Source: an uncultured Nitrospiraceae bacterium
GTDB taxonomy: Bacteria; Nitrospirota; Thermodesulfovibrionia; Thermodesulfovibrionales; Dissulfurispiraceae
Length of the DNA stretch: 64,000 nucleotides
Direction: 5' to 3'
NCBI GenBank assembly: GCA_963727805.1
Contig: CAVSHF010000005.1
Coordinates: 64,001 to 128,000, forward strand
Both the position numbers and the translations under genes were made by a program. The notes under the pieces were generated by a model. It saw only the letters and a list, made by a program, of their open reading frames with translations. It ran no database searches and was not told the DNA's origin. Of this stretch, positions 59,378 through 64,000 are shown one piece after another. How positions within the stretch are numbered: position 1 is the first letter of the stretch; each line of letters starts with the position of its first letter.

Positions 59378-60013
59378 AACCTGTCCTCCTTAATTGTGGC
59401 TCTGGGCCTTTGGTTTCCTACCTTAAAGCTTAACCCACGTTCTTTAAGGTTGGACAGGTTTAATACATCATGTCTACTTAAAGTCATCGCCACAGAGACA
59501 CGGCATATCATACAAGCTTTCTTCCAGAAATCCAGACCAACGATCTTGTTCCAAAATCTTACGTGCACCTGAACCCCATCGATTTTACGAGTGTCATGAA
59601 TTTGGTGATTAGTCAAAAAAAAAACAACATTAGGATCTCTACATTTACTTACAAATCGCCGATCGCTCCAACACGATTAAGACGCTCCATTGCAATCGGC
59701 AATGCTAAGTGTTTGGTTCTTAGTGCTGCCTGTTCTTAATCGCTGAGCCGGCCAGAGTCTAAATTACCGACAGCTCATGCATTTAAATAAAACGCTGGAT
59801 CGAATAGGAAGATATGCAAGACCGTCACCTTTGATTCTTTTCAACATGCATTAGATTAACCACGCACAGTTATGTATCTTTTTTTACTGTTTGATTTGAA
59901 CCTGTTATAATGTGTGAAGCGATTATTAAACAGGCTAAGATGCTGGAGGAAGAAACTGTAACTAAGTTTAAGCATTAAGTCGAGAACCATTTTGAAGCAC
60001 TCAGAGAACCGCT

Positions 60014-62206
60014 ATGGCTGCGAACAAGAAATCAGTTAAGAAAAACTCCAATACGGAGACGGGGAAAGACAGGAGATTGGAAGCCAAGAGGCCGGATGTT
60101 TCTTCAGACCTGCGCCAGCGAGCTGATGAAATGCTAGTGAAACGACGCGAAGAACTCCACCAAGTGCCATCTGCTGATTTGCAGCGCATATTACACGAGT
60201 TGCAGGTGCACCAGGTCGAATTGGAGATGCAGAACGATGAGCTGCGCCGGACGCAGACGGAACTGGATGACGCAAGGGCTCGTTACTTCGACCTCTACGA
60301 CCTGGCACCGATCGGCTATTGCACCATCTCTGAAGAGGGGTTGATTCTGGAGGCCAATTTTACTGTCGCCACTCTGCTGGGTGTCCCCAAAAAGGCGCTT
60401 TTACGGCAACCAATCACCCGGTTCATTTACAGGGAAGACCAGGACATCTACTACTTGCATCGCAAGAAACTCGTTGAGACCGGTGGGGCGCAGTCGTGCG
60501 AACTACGGATGCTTAAGACCGACGGAGCACCATTCTGGGCATATCTGGAGGCCACCGCCACGCGGGGCGACGGCGATGCCCCCGTGTGCCGCGTCGTGTT
60601 GAACGACATCAGCGAGCGCAAGCAGGCGGAGGCAACCCACCTGTTCCTGTCACAGTACAGCTGGGCAATATCAGATGATGATTTTTTCAAAGCACTGGCA
60701 GAACACTTGGCTGCGAATCTTGGGACGGATTTTGTCTGTATCGACCGGCTGGTCGGTGACGGACTCCGTGCGCGTACACTCGCTGTGTACTTCGACGGCA
60801 AGTTTGAGGACAATATAGAATACGCGCTGAAAGATACTCCGTGCGGTGCAGTGGTTGATCAGAAAATCTGTTGCTTTCCCCAAAAAGTACGTCACCTCTT
60901 CCCCAATGATGAAGTGCTGCAGGAAATGATTGCCGAAAGCTATGTCGGAGTTACACTTTTCAGCTCTGAGGGCAAACCGATAGGGCTGATAGCCCTCATC
61001 GGAAGAACCCCGCTCACAAGTCCCGACCGCGCAGAGCAAGTGTTAAAGCTGGTGGCTGACCGGGCGGCAAGTGAACTGGAGCGTAAAGATATCGAAGAAT
61101 CTCTAAAGCAAAGCGAGGCTTTCAACCAAAGCATCATTGATAGCAACTCTGACTGTATAAAGGTTCTCGATTTGCAGGGAAGATTGCAGTACATGAGCCC
61201 AAACGGACGCAAGATTCTCGGCATAGTTGATATGCAGCCCTTTGTTGGAATGCATTATGCAGATTTTTGGAAGGACCCTGTAAAGGATGATGTGTATCAG
61301 GCCATTGAGCGGGCAAAGGCCGGAGGTCACGGAAATTTCACTGGCTATTGCCCCACATTGGATGGTACACCAAAGTGGTGGGATGTCAGTGTCACACCAA
61401 TATTAAATACGCAACAGGATGTACAAAGCATACTCGTTATTTCGCGGGATATCACCGACCGCAAGTGGGCAGAGGAGCAAATCGAAAGACTGAACGATGA
61501 CCTTCTTGAAAGAAACGATAAGCTGGAGTTGGTGAACAAAGAACTCGAAGCGTTTAGTTACTCGGTTTCGCACGACCTTCGGGCACCCTTGCGGCATATG
61601 GCCGGTTTCGCAAAAATGCTCCAGAAGAAACTAGTCGACGACCCTGACGAAAAAACTCATCAATACATGGTTTCGATAATAGCGGCTTCAAAAAAGATGG
61701 AGAGGCTCATTGACGATCTGCTCTCGTTTTCTCACATCGGGCGTGCCGAGCTACAAATGAGAAAGGTGAGTTTTAACTCCCTCGTGAACGAGGTGGTCGG
61801 CGAAATTAAGGACGAACTGAAGGAACGACAGGTTAGGTGGGAAATCGATGAACTGCCTGACTTACTCGGTGATCGATCACTATTAAAACTTGTGATTGTC
61901 AACCTTGTCTCAAATGCAGTTAAATTCACAAGCCCTCGTTCACAGGCTGAAATCAAGATTGGATGCACTGAAGAGGCTGATAGATTCACCTGTTCAATCT
62001 CGGATAATGGAGTAGGGTTTGACATGAAATATGCGGACAGACTCTTCGGCGTATTCCAGCGTCTTCACACCCAAGAGGAATTTGAAGGTACAGGCATTGG
62101 CCTTGCGAATGTGCAGCGCATTCTATCGCGCCATGGCGGAACAATCTGGGCCGAAGGTGCTGTGGGACAAGGCGCAACGTTTTACTTTACATTGCCAAAA
62201 ATTTAA
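60014..62206 (+). CDS. PAS-GAF-PAS sensor histidine kinase
   Basis: LHELQVHQVELEMQN, SHDLRAPL, NLVSNAVKF and GTGIGL motifs. Confidence 0.95.
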   Translation: MAANKKSVKKNSNTETGKDRRLEAKRPDVSSDLRQRADEMLVKRREELHQVPSADLQRILHELQVHQVELEMQNDELRRTQTELDDARARYFDLYDLAPIGYCTISEEGLILEANFTVATLLGVPKKALLRQPITRFIYREDQDIYYLHRKKLVETGGAQSCELRMLKTDGAPFWAYLEATATRGDGDAPVCRVVLNDISERKQAEATHLFLSQYSWAISDDDFFKALAEHLAANLGTDFVCIDRLVGDGLRARTLAVYFDGKFEDNIEYALKDTPCGAVVDQKICCFPQKVRHLFPNDEVLQEMIAESYVGVTLFSSEGKPIGLIALIGRTPLTSPDRAEQVLKLVADRAASELERKDIEESLKQSEAFNQSIIDSNSDCIKVLDLQGRLQYMSPNGRKILGIVDMQPFVGMHYADFWKDPVKDDVYQAIERAKAGGHGNFTGYCPTLDGTPKWWDVSVTPILNTQQDVQSILVISRDITDRKWAEEQIERLNDDLLERNDKLELVNKELEAFSYSVSHDLRAPLRHMAGFAKMLQKKLVDDPDEKTHQYMVSIIAASKKMERLIDDLLSFSHIGRAELQMRKVSFNSLVNEVVGEIKDELKERQVRWEIDELPDLLGDRSLLKLVIVNLVSNAVKFTSPRSQAEIKIGCTEEADRFTCSISDNGVGFDMKYADRLFGVFQRLHTQEEFEGTGIGLANVQRILSRHGGTIWAEGAVGQGATFYFTLPKI

Positions 62207-62232
62207 GAGCTTCGACCTTAAACAGAATAAAA

Positions 62233-64000
62233 ATGGATGAGAATGTGATAAAGAAAATAAAGGTAAAACCCCCTAAACCGACTACCGCGGTGAAGAAGTC
62301 TTCATCTAAAACATCCAAACCAAAATCTCAAAGATCTCTTGTTGGGGAACATGCCTCTTCAACGCTGCAATCCAAGAAGGCAGCGAATCGCTCACAGCAA
62401 TCTGAAACAGAAGTCGTCGGCGTGTTAGCCTCCGCCGGCAATATCACTTCGCGCAAGCGCATGGAGATGGCGTTGCAAGAAAGCGAAGAGGCATTTCGGA
62501 CTTTGGCTGAAACTGTGCCGCAGATTGTCTGGGCTACCAGGGCCGACGGCTGGAACGTCTTTTTCAATAAACGGTGGGTGGAATACACGGGGTTGACGCT
62601 GGAGGAGAGTTACGGCCACGGCTGGAATATTCCCTTTCATCCTGATGATAAGAAGAGAGCGTGGGATACCTGGCAGCAGGCCACGAAACATGGTGCCACT
62701 TATTCTCTTGAAGTACGCCTGCGACGAGCGGATGGCGTCTATCGCTGGTGGTTGGTTCGCGGCATGCCATTGCTCGACACGACAGGGAAAATTATCAAGT
62801 GGTTTGGCACCTGCACCGATATTGATGATCTGAAGCAGGCGGAACGTCGTCAGACTCTTTCGACTGATATCCTGGGCATTCTTAATAATCCACCTGCACT
62901 GGATGACGCAATCAGCAAAATTATCACAACACTTAAACGGGAAACGGGGTTCGATGCTATAGGGATTCGCCTGCAACGTGGTGATGACTTCCCGTATATT
63001 GCTCAAGACGGTTTTTCTAAGGAATTTATACTCGCCGAAAATACACTGGCTGTTCGTACCCAGGATGGAGGAGTTTGCGTAGATAAGGACGGCAACGTTT
63101 GCCTGGAATGCACATGCGGCATGGTAATTTCCGGAAAGACTGATCCGGCAAATCCCATTTTTACTCCAAAGGGAAGTTGCTGGACCAATGAGTCATGTGC
63201 AAGACCAGACCGCCCTATTGAAGACAAGAGACTTCATCCTCGCGATCGCTGCACACATGAAGGCTTCCATTCCGTTGCGCTTATCCCACTGAGGGCCGGA
63301 AAACGAATTATAGGCATACTGCAACTTAACGACCGCAGGCCCAATCAGTTCACACTCGAAATGATCTCTTTCCTGGAAGATTTGGGCGCACTTATTGGTA
63401 TCGCGGTTGCCCGCAAACGAGCAGAGGATGAGATGCACAAAGCAAGGAAACGGGCCGATACTCTGAACTTAGAGCTCGAAGCCACCAATCGGGAATTGGA
63501 GGAACGGGTAGCCGCTCGTACCGCCGATCTCAGCAGGACCAATGAACAACTCACGCAAGAGATCGGTGAACGGAAACGGGCCGAGGAACAATTGACTCAT
63601 GCATTGAAGGAAGCCAAGCAGCGCGCCGGCGAAACCGAGGCAGTACTAACGGCGATCAACGACGCAGTTCTAGTATATGACGCCGACATGAACGTCGTAC
63701 GTACAGATCGCGGATTTATTCCTGTGTACGGGTTTGATCCCGTTGGGATGAACGTCCGCGAGATCATCGAGCAAACCCAGTGTCGCTACCTCGATGACCG
63801 TCCGTTTCTCTTTGAAGATCAACCAATACCGCGCACCCTGCGCGGTGAAAAGGTTCTCAATCGACAGTTCCGGATTACGCGGCTCGACGGCCAAGAGCGC
63901 ATACTTGAAACCTCATCCACCCCCTTACTCATTGGCGACCGCCTTGTCGGCACTGTTACCGTCTGGCACGATATCACAGAGCGCAAGAAAGCAGAAGAGG
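62233..64000 (+). CDS. PAS/GAF sensor protein, runs off the window end (absent from the ORF track)
   Basis: Open frame from the ATG at 62233: FRTLAETVPQIVW..HPDD..WFGTCTDI PAS domain, Cys-rich GAF domain, coiled coil and a second PAS ending DITERK. Confidence 0.9.
   Translation, partial: MDENVIKKIKVKPPKPTTAVKKSSSKTSKPKSQRSLVGEHASSTLQSKKAANRSQQSETEVVGVLASAGNITSRKRMEMALQESEEAFRTLAETVPQIVWATRADGWNVFFNKRWVEYTGLTLEESYGHGWNIPFHPDDKKRAWDTWQQATKHGATYSLEVRLRRADGVYRWWLVRGMPLLDTTGKIIKWFGTCTDIDDLKQAERRQTLSTDILGILNNPPALDDAISKIITTLKRETGFDAIGIRLQRGDDFPYIAQDGFSKEFILAENTLAVRTQDGGVCVDKDGNVCLECTCGMVISGKTDPANPIFTPKGSCWTNESCARPDRPIEDKRLHPRDRCTHEGFHSVALIPLRAGKRIIGILQLNDRRPNQFTLEMISFLEDLGALIGIAVARKRAEDEMHKARKRADTLNLELEATNRELEERVAARTADLSRTNEQLTQEIGERKRAEEQLTHALKEAKQRAGETEAVLTAINDAVLVYDADMNVVRTDRGFIPVYGFDPVGMNVREIIEQTQCRYLDDRPFLFEDQPIPRTLRGEKVLNRQFRITRLDGQERILETSSTPLLIGDRLVGTVTVWHDITERKKAEE

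Larger units (their letters stand above)
57903..59476 (-). mobile_element. Second IS110-family element, IS1111 type (ends approximate)
   Basis: Perfect 16-bp sub-terminal IR ATGTATTAAACCTGTC (57912-57927 and 59453-59468); TTGACA overlaps the right IR; long 3' non-coding region. Confidence 0.88.

Noticed and set aside
62328..63894. Several short minus-strand ORFs at the window end
   Set aside because: Antisense shadows of the long plus-strand PAS/GAF gene starting at 62233.

Overview
64 kb of bacterial chromosome, probably from an anaerobe (Nitrospirota or deltaproteobacteria-like; inferred from RACo, ferredoxin:thioredoxin reductase and DVU0772-type genes). Bases 1-13.5 kb are a decaying accessory region. 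It holds a secreted metallothionein-like Cys-repeat gene that the ORF track missed, orphan toxin-tip/immunity-like genes, an integron-like cassette with an attC site, an IS1111-type IS110 element, three tandem tRNA-Ala(GGC) attachment-site remnants with an integrase pseudogene, a palindromic MITE-like element and an inactivated IS21 that splits a small gene. Bases 16.4-22 kb are a chromate-resistance operon with a frameshifted chrA, a broken chrF-like gene and a structured leader. Bases 22-55 kb are mostly housekeeping genes (purL, hisC, hisB, thyX plus a thyA-like gene, lspA, ileS, nfo, an rlmL-like methyltransferase). Bases 55.6-59.5 kb hold a group II intron and a second IS1111-type element, followed by two PAS/GAF sensor genes. 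No CRISPR array, rRNA or intact tRNA was seen. All calls were made by eye; no database searches were run.
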